A stretch of 64,000 nt of DNA, taken from contig CAVRVT010000001.1 in NCBI GenBank assembly GCA_963724725.1, positions 93,874 through 157,873 on the forward strand, written 5' to 3'. The notes beneath the pieces were generated by a model that saw nothing but the letters and a program-made list of their open reading frames with translations, was not told the origin of the DNA and searched no databases. The position numbers and the translations under genes were made by a program. Each line of letters starts with the position of its first letter. Position 1 is the stretch's first letter. This DNA comes from an uncultured Acidobacteriota bacterium (GTDB lineage: Bacteria; Acidobacteriota; Vicinamibacteria; Vicinamibacterales; CAVVIG01). Positions 39,212-49,724 of the stretch are shown piece after piece.

Positions 39212-39757
39212 CTACCGGCGCTGCCTGAGTTCGTTCAGATAGGTCAGCCCGACATCGCTGTCCACGAGGCCGCGTTGCACGAATTGCTTCCACAGGTCCT
39301 CTTCCCGCAGCTGTGCCTGCCGCTCGTCGAGACCTTCCGCATGCGCCATCTCATGCCAGATGACGGCGGCCAGCATCAGTGGGTACGGCCCTCCCTCAAG
39401 CTCGGCGGCGCGCAGAGTCGGGCTTTGCCGGCGCAGGAATATGACTCGGCTTCCGACGGGTACGAAGCCGTCCAGGCCACGAGACTGCTTCTCGTGCGCC
39501 GACAGCAACGACTCGGTGTCCACGAAGACAATCGTCCCAGGCGGGTGCGGCAGTACCTCGAGAACAGCCCGCAATGTTCGGGGATCGAAGTCGCCGATGA
39601 CGACCGTTCCTGCGACGATGATCCCTGGGGGTGACGTTGGCGATTGGACGCGATTCCGCACCAGACCCTGCGCGGCCGCACTCGTTGGGCAGATCAAGTT
39701 GCTCATCAGCACGAGACACGTGCAGATCGGCAGCGGTCGCTCTCGAGCACTGATCAT
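39212..39757 (-). CDS. Secreted hypothetical protein
   Basis: Signal-like N-terminus 'MISARERPLPICTCLVLMSNLICPTSAAAQG'. No family recognised. Confidence 0.35.
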   Translation of the reverse strand: MISARERPLPICTCLVLMSNLICPTSAAAQGLVRNRVQSPTSPPGIIVAGTVVIGDFDPRTLRAVLEVLPHPPGTIVFVDTESLLSAHEKQSRGLDGFVPVGSRVIFLRRQSPTLRAAELEGGPYPLMLAAVIWHEMAHAEGLDERQAQLREEDLWKQFVQRGLVDSDVGLTYLNELRQRR

Positions 39758-40169
39758 CTTCTTAGCGACCGAGCGAGAGCGGGGTTTCCGTTGTGGAATG
39801 TCATGCCCTGCGAGATGCAGCAACCCCAGCACGGCCGCGACCGTAGCAGGTCAGCACTTTGGGCGCTGTCCAATACGGCACACTCAATCGGGATCGGGGA
39901 CCTTCATTCAATGCGAAGGGTGGCTTGCCAACCGTCGGGTCGATTTCGATGGCCGTCGCGCAGTAGTTTCGACGGATTGATTCGCGCAGAAGCCGTATGG
40001 CCGGCTTCGTGTGACCACAGTCGCGGGTTTACGCCGATACATGGGTTTCTCTCGCGGACGCGCTCGACCGGCTCGCACGAAGTCGCGGTGCGGTCTGGCC
40101 TCCCATGATTTCTTGATCCAGATCAATGGCAGTTCTCCTGCCAGCGGCGAATATGGGCCACAGGAGAAC

Positions 40170-41568
40170 ATGATGAAGATCCTCACGATGATGCTAACGG
40201 CTTGCGCGCTGTCCGCGACCGCCAGCGCGCAGGTCCCCGACTTCAGCCCTCAGACACCTCTGCTCGGTGCGCTGCTGCACAACGACAGGTCCGCCGCGAA
40301 GCAGTTGCTCGCATCGGGCGCCGATCCGAACGAAGGGCAGTTCTTCGGAATGCCCCCGGTGCTGCTCGCGATCCTGCGTCAGGACCTCGATCTCGTACGG
40401 CTGCTGAAGGCCAAAGGCGCGGACTTCACGGTTCGCGATCGTTCCGGTTCGACAGCACTAATGTGGGCGGCATTCAGCGAGACGGGCGATGCCGAGATTG
40501 TCGAGGAGCTGCTCGGACTCGGCGCTGATCCAGCTGTCGCCAATAATGCCGGGGAAACCGCGCTCGATTGGGCGCTGCGCCGCGGTGACACGCCTGCGGC
40601 AGCGGCGTTGCGAAAGGCGGGCGCCTCGGAAGCCAGAGCCATGAAGATGGCGGTCGAAAAGTCGATCCCACTGCTCCAGTCGAGCGGCTCGCAGTTCAGC
40701 CGAGCCTCGGGATGTACGTCCTGCCACCATCAGGTACCTGCCGCAGATGGCGTTCGGCATCGCTCGGGAGCGCGGGATTGCTCTCGATGAGGCCGCCGCC
40801 CGACGGCAAAGCGACGCAACGGTCACACTGCTGAACAGTGTTCGCCAAGAAGCGGTCCAGAATCGCGATCGCATTCCAGATGTGCCGGTCAGCGTGAGCT
40901 ACGCTCTGCTCTCCTTGTTCGCGGGACATCACGCGGCGGATGGAACGACCGAGGCGATGGCTCGCGTCATCGCCGCCTGGCAAAGCGATGATGGAGCGTT
41001 CTACGCGCTGCCGCCGATACGGCCGCCCATCGAGGCCGGCACCTTCACGGCAACTGCGCTCAGTCTCCGCGCGCTGCAGCTGTATGGATCGAACGAAGCG
41101 GAACGAATCGGGCGCGCGAGCCATTGGTTGCGCGCCGCCACGCCCCGCACCACCGAAGAACGTGCGATGCAGCTGCTGGGGCTCGCGTGGGCGAAGGCGC
41201 CGGCGGATGATGTTCGCAGTTCAGCCGAGGCTCTTCTCCGCGAACAACGGCCCGATGGTGGCTGGGCGCAGCTCGCGACGCTCGAGACCGATGCGTACGC
41301 GACGGGGCAGGCGCTCGTCGCTCTGCAAACGTCGGGTTGTGACGTCGCCAGCGCCGTCTACCGTCGCGGCGTCGCGTTTCTGCTCCGCACGCAGTTTTCG
41401 GATGGCTCGTGGCTCGTGCGCAGCCGAACGTTTCCCGTTCAGCCGCTGAAGGACAGTGGCTTCCCGCACGGGAAGAATCAGTGGATCTCTGCAGCGGGCA
41501 CCAGTTGGGCGACGATGGCGATCGCGCTGGCACTGCCACCACAAACATCGTCCGGAACCATTCAGTGA
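40170..41568 (+). CDS. Secreted ankyrin-repeat + c-type cytochrome (CxxCH) + prenyltransferase/squalene-oxidase-like toroid repeat protein, with an apparent frameshift near 40735-40750
   Basis: Signal peptide, four ankyrin repeats and a 'SGCTSCHHQ' haem motif. The +1 frame (ORF 40747-41568) continues with QW-like repeats 'DGAFYALP', 'DGGWAQL' and 'DGSWLVRS'. Confidence 0.55.
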
Positions 41569-41587
41569 TTGCGGAGCGTCGGCGGGT

Positions 41588-42207
41588 TTATCGTCGCGCG
41601 AGTTTCCGGCGGATCCGGCTGACCGTTTCCGGAGTGACACCGAGGTACGACGCCAGCATCCATTGCGGAACGCGCGTGGCGAGCGATGGGTAAGCCTCCA
41701 GGAATTGCAGATATCGCTCGTGCGCTGACGCACTGATCGAGCTGACGATGCGCTTGTCCTTCGCAGCGGCGTGCTTTTGCAGCCCTTTACGGTACGCCGC
41801 TGCGTAGCCTGGCACAGTCTCGACAATCGTCTCGTGCGATTTCAGATCGATGAGAAGAAGGTCCGAATCCTCGAGCGCTTGGACAAAGTACTCGGACGCC
41901 GTGCCGGTGCTGATACTGATGATATCGGTCACCCACCACGTCTCGGGCGCGAACTTGACGATGTGCTCTTTGCCTTTCGAATCGATCGTGTAGGTCCGCA
42001 GACAGCCTTTGGCCACGAAGGCCGAGTGACCTGGGCAACGGCGCCGGCACGCTGCAGGAAATCTCCGGCGGAAAGAGTCCTGGGCGTGAACATTGTCCGG
42101 ATGAACTGCAGCTCCTCGTCCGTGAACGATGCGCGCGCTTCGAGGTAGCCGCGCAAGACCGCGAATGCCGCCGCCGATTCATCAACCGCGCCGTGGTTCA
42201 CCTTCAT
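41588..42207 (-). pseudogene. Crp/Fnr-family transcriptional regulator with an apparent frameshift near 42015-42035
   Basis: N-terminal cNMP-binding part is in ORF 41929-42309. The C-terminal HTH 'RVPQWMLASYLGVTPETVSRIRRKL' is in ORF 41588-42016. Confidence 0.65.
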
Positions 42208-42379
42208 CGCTTCGAATTCTCGCAGATTCTCCTTCGGCGTCACCAAGCCATCAACTCTGCAGCCGGGCTTCATATCGAGCGGTCTACGCGTGCTACGCGA
42301 ATGGCTCAAACGCGTCGAGATGGTTCAACAGCCGGCGTCCGGCGTGCTATCGTCCAGTCCCACCACGTAGGAGGCTGCT

Positions 42380-43144
42380 GTGCCAACCAGATCGCGCGGG
42401 TCCTTCCTGCTGACGCTGCTGTTCGGTGTGACGGTCACGATTCAACCCGATGCCGCCGGCCCGGCTGGCGGGCAGGGCAGCGCCGCATCAGCGCGGGAAG
42501 CCGCGAGAGCAGCGGCAGGCTACCCGGCGGGATGCAGTACGCCCGTCAGCGAGCGAAAGACCGAGACCGGCTGCTACACGACCGCGGAGACGTCGCTCGG
42601 GGTGTTGCCATCCGGTGCGCTGTTCTGGCACCTCTACGCGTATCCGAGCCGAGCCGCAGCGGAGGCAGCTCGCGGACCGAAAGCCACGGTCGCAGAGTCG
42701 TTCGGCAAGCACTGGATCTTTACCATCGCGGCGGAAGGCTGGCATCCCGCGAGCGGTGAGAAGGTGGCGGTCATCGGACCGCTCGTGGTTGCGAGTGACA
42801 AGGCGTACACGGCTCGCTACATGGAGGCGGTGTTCCCGCCCGGCTCACAGCCCGTCGGCGGCCCAGGGCATCGTCACCCCGGCCCGGAAGCCTGGTATGT
42901 TCTGAGCGGCTCGCAATGTCTGGAAACGCCGAACGGCGTCATCACAGCGAGTGCTGGTGGGGCCGCGATGGTTCCGGAGGGCTGGCCCATGGCCGTGTCG
43001 GATGCCGGCTCGGAGACGCGCCGCACAGTCCTGCTCGTCCTGCACCCCAGCTCCGAGCCTCACTCGATGGCCATAGACGATCCTCGAAGTCCTGGGGCCC
43101 CCCATTCGCATTGGAAGCCGCGCGGACTCTGCGCTCAGCAGTGA
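42380..43144 (+). CDS. Secreted cupin-domain protein
   Basis: Signal-like N-terminus, then a 'GHRHPGPEAWYVLSGS' cupin motif. Confidence 0.45.
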   Translation: MPTRSRGSFLLTLLFGVTVTIQPDAAGPAGGQGSAASAREAARAAAGYPAGCSTPVSERKTETGCYTTAETSLGVLPSGALFWHLYAYPSRAAAEAARGPKATVAESFGKHWIFTIAAEGWHPASGEKVAVIGPLVVASDKAYTARYMEAVFPPGSQPVGGPGHRHPGPEAWYVLSGSQCLETPNGVITASAGGAAMVPEGWPMAVSDAGSETRRTVLLVLHPSSEPHSMAIDDPRSPGAPHSHWKPRGLCAQQ

Positions 43145-43641
43145 CAGGTGGACTGGACGAACAAAGGCCGCGTGCGGGTCGTGGTCGTGTTCAACCTGAC
43201 GTGTTTCGCGAGGGCAGGCACGACCAATTGGCGTCGTGCTCGCATCTGCAATCGCTGGGCAACTCGGTGCGGTCCGCGGAACCGACTGACGACACGTCCA
43301 CCGGAAAGCCGATGGAAGCGTCCTGGCGGCGTTCGACGTCCCGAGACGGTATGAGGACAGCGCCCGGCATTGTGGTCCGCCATTCGCGACGCCACATCGG
43401 ACGTGAGACCAACATAGACGTGTGGTTCGGACGCGTCGCTCTTGAGAATGTAGACGAACCGCTTGGCTCCAGACTCACGGTCGTCAACGCAGTCGGGATG
43501 CCTGCAGTGGAGTCTCGGAAATACTGGCGAGGTCTAACCGGCCGACGGCCCGCCTTCGCTAGCCGCTTCGGCGCGGCATCCTTCGCGTGGCTCGCCGAGC
43601 CGTAGCTCACGCTACGGCCGTTGACTCGTGTGAGCGAAGAA

Positions 43642-43717
43642 TGGTGGACCAGACCGGGATCGAACCGGTGACCTCATGAATGCCATTCATGCGCGCTCCC
43701 AACTGCGCTACTGGCCC
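43642..43717 (-). tRNA. tRNA-Ala (anticodon GGC) with encoded CCA
   Basis: The minus-strand sequence GGGCCAGTAGCGCAGTTGGGAGCGCGCATGAATGGCATTCATGAGGTCACCGGTTCGATCCCGGTCTGGTCCACCA has cloverleaf pairing, including the Ala identity pair G3:U70. Its anticodon loop is ATGGCAT. Confidence 0.85.
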
Positions 43718-43820
43718 ACTCTGGTGTGACCTTTTATTTTAGCATCAAAGTCCGCCGCAGGCCCCTCGTGTCGCCCGCGCGACACCGAAATCGAATAGAC
43801 TCCCGTCCTCCGGAGGTCTC

Positions 43821-44688
43821 ATGAAACGAACGTTGACGTGCCTGCTTTCGGCGGCGCTCATCCTGTTGTCGGCGTCAGCGGCCCTCGCGCAGCTCGACTC
43901 CGCGAAAGACGGACCGATCGTCTACGGCCATCACCACCTGAACACCGCGAACCTCGCGGCGCAGAAGAAATTCTTCGTCGACACGCTCGGCGGGACGGCG
44001 ATCACCATCGGCACGAACAACACGGAGATCATCAAGTTCCCGAACGTGCTGATCTTCTTCCGCACGAATCAGGCCCCGACCGGCGGCACGCGCGGCACGA
44101 CGGTGAACCACGTCGGCTTCGCGGTGCCGAACATCCGCCAGATGATCGACAAGGTCAAGGCGAACGGCTATCAGATGATCACCAGGACGGAAGTCGCGCC
44201 GGACCGGAAGGTCACCGACGACATCGCCGCTCCCGCGCAGCCCGGCGGCAGCTCGATCGCGTTCGCGCTGGGACCCGAAGACGTCAAGGTGGAATTCCTC
44301 GAGGTACTCGCAGCAGACGATTCCCATCACCCTGAACCACGTGCACTTCTTCAACCCGAAGAACACCGAGATGCAGGCGTGGTACGTCAAGACGTTCGGG
44401 GCGAAGCCACGGTCGGGCGGCGCGTTTCCCGCCGCCGACCTGCCGGGCGTCGCGCTGAACTTCTCGCCGTCACCGGATCCGGTGGTCGGCACGCAGGGAC
44501 GCGCGCTCGATCACATTGGCTTCGAAGTAAAGAATCTCGAAGAGTTTTGCAAGAAGCTCGAAGCTGACGGCGTCAAGTTCTCGATCCCGTACCGGAAAGT
44601 GCCGGCGCTCGGCATCGCCATCGCGTTCTTCACCGATCCCTGGGGCACGTATATCGAGCTCACCGAGGGGCTCGATCAGGTCAAGTAG
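43821..44688 (+). CDS. Secreted tandem glyoxalase/VOC-domain protein with an apparent frameshift near 44315-44335
   Basis: The first VOC domain (ORF 43821-44567) ends '...KVEFLEVLAADDS'. The second (ORF 44341-44688) continues in the +1 frame as 'IPITLNHVHFFNP...DHIGFEV'. Confidence 0.6.
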
Positions 44689-44694
44689 CGGCCG

Positions 44695-45850
44695 TCAAGC
44701 CGTCCGCTTGGAGTACTGACGGATCGCGAGCGCGAGAGTCACGACGGCAAAGACGGCGAGGACTGCGAGCGGCTGCGCGATCTCGGCGAGCCCGGCGCCC
44801 TTGACGAGCACCGCGCGCGAGATCGTGACGAAGTGCCGTACGGGGTTGACGAGCGACACAGTCTGCACCCACGCGGCCATGCTGTCGATCGGCGTGAACA
44901 GCCCACTCATCAGCAGGTAGATGTTCATGATGAAGAACGTCACGAACATCGCCTGCTGCTGCGTCTCGACCATCGTCGAGATCCACAGCCCGATGGCGAG
45001 CGCGACGACAAGGTAGATCGCGGCCGACCCGAACAGGAGCAGCAGGCTGCCGCGGACGGGGATGTCGAAAATCAGCCAGCCCGCGGCCAGCCCGATCGCG
45101 AGGTCCACCATCCCCAGCACCCAGAACGGCAGGAGCTTCGCCGTGATGAACTGACCGCGGGTCAGCGGCGTTACGTTCAGCTGCTCGAGCGTCCCCAGTT
45201 CCTTCTCGCGCGCGATGTTCTGCGCGCTCACGAGCGTCGCAATCAGCGTGACGAGCGCCACCAGCAGCCCCGGCACCATGTAGTGCTTGTAGTTCAGCGT
45301 CGGGTTGTAGCGGCTGCGCAGCGGGGTCTCGATGCGGCCGCCGCCTCGCACGGGTGGCGGATCGCCGACGGCTGATCGTACGCTGGCCATCGTCGGCCGG
45401 AGGGTCGTGTCCATCTCCACGGAATAGGCCGCCAGAATCCTGGCGGCGTACGATTGCACGACGCCGGCAGCCGAACCCTTCTCGGCATTGACCGCCAGTT
45501 GCACCGGCGCGGCGTGGTCGCGCACGAGCGATGACTCGAAATCGTGCGGGATCGTCACGACCAGCGTCACACGACCGCGCAGCAGCTCCTCGTTTGCCAG
45601 ATCCAGCGACGCCGTGCGTCCGACGATCGAGAAGTTACCGGACGCGACAAATCGATCGATCAGGCCCCTCGACGTCGTCGGATCGATCGAAGTCCACGAC
45701 GTAGGTCGGAATGTCGCGGATTTCGAACGTCGCCGCGTTCGACAGCACGAGCAGCTGGACGATCGGCAGCACCAGTACCTGCGCCAGCGTCGCGCGATCA
45801 CGGACGACGTGCAGCACCTCGGCCCAGGCGAGAAACCTGATGCGTCGCAT
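44695..45850 (-). pseudogene. ABC-2 family permease (YbhS/YbhR-like) with an apparent frameshift near 45650-45690
   Basis: The N-terminal 71-aa ORF (45635-45850) joins the main ORF (44695-45801) at 'TYVVD...SRGLIDRF'. Confidence 0.6.
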
Positions 45851-45853
45851 GGT

Positions 45854-46978
45854 CTACTCCAGCCGCTCCTTGAACGACTTCGTGCTCAGCGTGAGCAGGG
45901 CCAGCGCCATCACGAGCAGGACGACCGTCTCGCGCCACAGATACGAGATGCCGACGCCCTTCAGCATGATGCTCCGGGCAACGGTGACGAACCATCGGGC
46001 CGGCACGATGAGCGACAGAGACTGGAGCGGCCACGGCAGGCTCTCCAATGGAAAAATGAATCCGGACAGCAGCATGGTCGGCAGCATCGTACCCACCAGC
46101 GCGCCGAACATCGCGACGCGCTGCGAGGATGTGCGCGCCGAGATCAGGATGCCGAGCGAGAGGGACACCAGGATGAACAGCAGCCCTTCCGCAAGAAGGA
46201 GCGTCAGGCTGCCGACGAGCGGCACGTCGAAGACGAGGCGCGCCTCGATGATGACGCCGATGACCGACACGAAACCGATGACGAGATACGGCGCGACCTT
46301 GCCGACGACGATCTGCCACGGCCGGAGCGGCGACACGAGCAGCGTCTCGAGCGTGCCGGTCTCCTTCTCCCGCGTCAGCGAAATGGCGGTCATCAGCGAT
46401 GAGATGATCGTCAGCACGAACGCCATCAACCCCGGCACGAACAGGTTGGAGCTCTCGCGGGTTGGATTGAACCGCGTGCGCACCTGCGGGACGACACGCA
46501 CGGATCCCGCAGCGGCCCGAATCTCGCGCTCGTAGCCTTGAATCACCTGAAGTGCATACGCCTGGACCGAGCTCCCGGTGTTCGGCTCCGTCGCGTCGGT
46601 GATGATCTGCACTCTCGCCGGAAGCCCCTGGCCGAGCCGCGCGGCAAATCCGGGCTCGAACACGATCGCTTCCTGCGCGTCGCCCCGCTGAAACAGCCGA
46701 TCGACATCGGCGGGCCTGGCCAGCACGCCGACGATGCGAAAGACGTCCGTCGCGCCGAAGCGGGCGCGCAGCGCGAGCGTGGCGTAGTCCGGCGCGGGAT
46801 CCACGATCGCCAGCCGGACGTGGTTGACGTCGGTGCGAATCGCGTAGCCGAAGATGATCACCTGCAGGATCGGCATCAGCGTGATGACGACGAGCGTGCG
46901 GCGGTCGCGGAGGATGTGGTACGTCTCCTTCTTCAGAAGGCCAAGGAGCGCACTCGACCGCCCGCCCGCAGCTGTCAT
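45854..46978 (-). CDS. ABC-2 family permease (YbhS/YbhR-like)
   Basis: 374 aa with N-terminal TM, large periplasmic loop and five C-terminal TM helices. Confidence 0.7.
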   Translation of the reverse strand: MTAAGGRSSALLGLLKKETYHILRDRRTLVVITLMPILQVIIFGYAIRTDVNHVRLAIVDPAPDYATLALRARFGATDVFRIVGVLARPADVDRLFQRGDAQEAIVFEPGFAARLGQGLPARVQIITDATEPNTGSSVQAYALQVIQGYEREIRAAAGSVRVVPQVRTRFNPTRESSNLFVPGLMAFVLTIISSLMTAISLTREKETGTLETLLVSPLRPWQIVVGKVAPYLVIGFVSVIGVIIEARLVFDVPLVGSLTLLLAEGLLFILVSLSLGILISARTSSQRVAMFGALVGTMLPTMLLSGFIFPLESLPWPLQSLSLIVPARWFVTVARSIMLKGVGISYLWRETVVLLVMALALLTLSTKSFKERLE

Positions 46979-47740
46979 GCGCCTGCTCCCGGCGCGGCTG
47001 CAATTTCCGCCGTCGGGCGGGCCAGCTGCACGAACACCTCATCCACCGACTCGGTCCCGAACTGCTTCTTCAGCTCGGATGGTGTGCCGATCGCGCCAAT
47101 CTTCCCCGCCACCATGATCGAGATGCGGTCGCAGTACCTCGGCCTCGTCCATGTAGTGCGTCGTCACGAACACGGTCGTGCCCGAGGACGCGGCCTCGTA
47201 GATCATTTCCCAGAACTGGCGCCGTGTGATCGGGTCGACGCCGCTCGTCGGCTCGTCGAGAAACACGATGCGTGGCTCGTGCAGGAGGGCGACCGAGAAC
47301 GCGAGCTTCTGCCGCCAGCCGAGGGGAATCGAGCGCACGAGATCGCGGGCCGCATGACGAAATCCCAGACGCGACAGCATTGAGTCGGTCCGTTCGCGGA
47401 TCTGACGATCCGTGAGATCGTAGATGCCGCCGTACAGCCGGATGTTCTCCGAGACCGTCAGATCTTCGTAGAGCGAGAACCGCTGGCTCATGTAGCCGAT
47501 GTGTCGCTTGATGGATTCGCTCTCGGTGTAGACGTCGTAGCCGGCAACGGTCGCCTGGCCGCCGGACGGTGACAGCAGTCCGGTCAGCATGCGGATCGCC
47601 GTGGTCTTCCCGGCGCCGTTCGCACCGAGAAAGCCGAAGACTTCCCCTTGCCGGACGTCGAACGTGATGCGATCGCACGCGACAAAGCTCCCGAACTTTC
47701 GTGTCAGATCCCTTGCGACGATCGCGGCGTCACTGCTCAT
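46975..47740 (-). pseudogene. ABC transporter ATP-binding protein with an apparent frameshift near 47100-47115
   Basis: Walker A GANGAGKTT, signature WRQKLAFSVAL and Walker B VFLDEP. After 'HYMDEAE' the correct continuation 'YCDRISIMVAGKIGAIGTPSEL...' is in the +1 frame and ends at the permease start. Confidence 0.7.
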
Positions 47741-48684
47741 GCCGCATTCTCCGCGCTCGGCTCCCCGCCCATACGAGCCATGAACGCGTCTTCGACGGTG
47801 GGCGCCGTCGGTTCGACGGTGAGATTGCCGAAGCCCCTTGATTCCAGGAACGCGCGAAGCTCCGCCTGCTGCACTGCGGCGGACACGTCCGTGCGCTTGT
47901 CCGTGAAGTGGATCGTCTCACCGAACGGATACGCGGTGTTGGTATGCGGGTATTCGCGCAGCGCGTGCAACGTCTCGTGCCGCTTGTCCGAGCGCACCGC
48001 GACGAGCGGACGATCGAAGGAGCGCGCGACCGCGCCGGGCGTGTCGATCGCCAGCAAACGGCCGCGTTGGATCAGCGCGACCCGATCGCAGCGATCGGCT
48101 TCGTCCATGTACGGCGTCGAAACGACGGCCGTCAGACCGCCGGCCTTCAGGACGCCGAGCAGGTCCCAGAATTCACGCCGCGAGACGGCGTCGACGCCGG
48201 TGGTGGGCTCGTCGAGAAAGAGGATTTCGGGGCGATGCACCAGTGCGCAGCAGAGCGCGAGCTTCTGCTTCATGCCGCCGGAAAGCGCACCCGCGCGGCG
48301 CGTCCTGAACGGCTCGAGCTGACCGTAGATCGGCGCGATGCGATCGCGCTCGGCGCCGATCGTCGTGCCGAAGACCGAGGCAAAGAAGCGCAGGTTCTCC
48401 TCGACGCTCAGGTCGGGATACAGCGAGAAGCGGCCCGACATGTACCCGATCCGGTTGCGGAGCGACCACAGATCGCTGACGACGTCTTCGCCGAGCACTC
48501 GCGCGCTGCCGCTGTCCGGCACCAGCAACGTGGCCAGGATCCTGAACAGTGTCGTCTTGCCGGCGCCGTCGGGACCGATGAACCCGAAGAGCTCGCCCGA
48601 ACCGATCGTGCACGAGACGCCCGCAAGCGCTGTCGTCGGGCCGAATCGCTTCACCAGACTCTGGACGATGACGGCATCGGTCAT
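47737..48684 (-). CDS. ABC transporter ATP-binding protein (second ATPase of the efflux system)
   Basis: Walker A GPDGAGKTT, signature LSGGMKQKLAL and Walker B LFLDEP. Confidence 0.8.
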   Translation of the reverse strand: MTDAVIVQSLVKRFGPTTALAGVSCTIGSGELFGFIGPDGAGKTTLFRILATLLVPDSGSARVLGEDVVSDLWSLRNRIGYMSGRFSLYPDLSVEENLRFFASVFGTTIGAERDRIAPIYGQLEPFRTRRAGALSGGMKQKLALCCALVHRPEILFLDEPTTGVDAVSRREFWDLLGVLKAGGLTAVVSTPYMDEADRCDRVALIQRGRLLAIDTPGAVARSFDRPLVAVRSDKRHETLHALREYPHTNTAYPFGETIHFTDKRTDVSAAVQQAELRAFLESRGFGNLTVEPTAPTVEDAFMARMGGEPSAENAA

Positions 48685-49724
48685 GGCGCACCACTGCCGA
48701 AAAACCGAACGTCCGCCGGCATCCCGATCTTGAGAACCCCTTCATCGTTGGTCATACGAATCTTGATGGCGTACACGAGGTCCGCGCGTTCCTCGCGCGT
48801 CTGAATCGGTGTCGGCGTGAATTCCGCCTGCGACGAGATCCACGTCACCTTGCCTTTGAGCGTTCGGAGCGCGCCGTTCCCGGCATCGACGGCGACTTCC
48901 GCATCGGATCCGAGATGAACCTGCGCCAGCTGTGTCTCCGCGACGTACGCGCGGATGTCGACCGTCGCAAGATTCGCGATCTTGTAGAGCGGCTGGCCCG
49001 ACTGCACGACTTCGCCGGTCCTCGTATACGTCGCGAGGACGGTGCCCGCGACCGGATTCTTGACCTGGCTCTTGCGAATGCGCTCGTTCACGCGAGCCAC
49101 CTGCGCGTCAACCGAGTTCACCTGCTCGGTGGCCGTCTGGCGCTGCGCGCGGGTGGCGTCGATCTGCTCGCGCTGCGCGGTCACCTGGTACTCCTGCGCG
49201 GTGATCTGCTGGTCCTGTGCCTTGAGCTGCTGTTCGAGCACGCGGAAGTCGCGTTCCGCCTGGTCGAGCTGCTGCGCCGTCGCGGCCTGCTGGTCATACA
49301 GCCTGCGTGTGCGCTCGTAGGCACGCCTGGCGATGTCATGCTGCGCGTCGAGCACAGCCTTCTGTGCCTTGGCGGCCTCGCGCTGGGCGGCCGCCGCATC
49401 GCGCTGGGCCTGCAGGACGTCAATCTGCCGGGCCACCTCGTTCACCCGCGACGTGTTGGCGCCGCGCTGCGCCGTCAACTGATCCCGCTCGAGCGACAAC
49501 TCGGTCGAATCGATCGATCCCACGACCGCATCGGCGGCGAGCTTCTGGCCCTCGGTCACATCGAACGACACGAGCCGCCCCATGGCCTCGGCGCCCACCA
49601 CGACTTCGGTCGCCTCGACGTTGCCATAGGCGTCCGGTCTTGCCGGGCGGGCGCAGCCGGCCACCGTTGCCGCGATGACGAGGGACAGCGCCCGGGTTTT
49701 CAATGTGCTGCCACGCATCAACGC
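48681..49724 (-). CDS. HlyD-family membrane fusion (periplasmic adaptor) lipoprotein
   Basis: Lipobox 'AATVAGC', long coiled-coil Gln/Ala-rich region and C-terminal beta-barrel domain. Confidence 0.75.
   Translation of the reverse strand, partial: ALMRGSTLKTRALSLVIAATVAGCARPARPDAYGNVEATEVVVGAEAMGRLVSFDVTEGQKLAADAVVGSIDSTELSLERDQLTAQRGANTSRVNEVARQIDVLQAQRDAAAAQREAAKAQKAVLDAQHDIARRAYERTRRLYDQQAATAQQLDQAERDFRVLEQQLKAQDQQITAQEYQVTAQREQIDATRAQRQTATEQVNSVDAQVARVNERIRKSQVKNPVAGTVLATYTRTGEVVQSGQPLYKIANLATVDIRAYVAETQLAQVHLGSDAEVAVDAGNGALRTLKGKVTWISSQAEFTPTPIQTREERADLVYAIKIRMTNDEGVLKIGMPADVRFFGSGAP

Noticed and set aside
43145-43820. Possible genomic island / integrase at the tRNA-Ala 3' end
   Set aside because: No integrase, att-like repeat of the tRNA 3' end or phage genes are visible. 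The flanking ORFs are low-confidence shadow frames, so this is just an intergenic region beside a tRNA.
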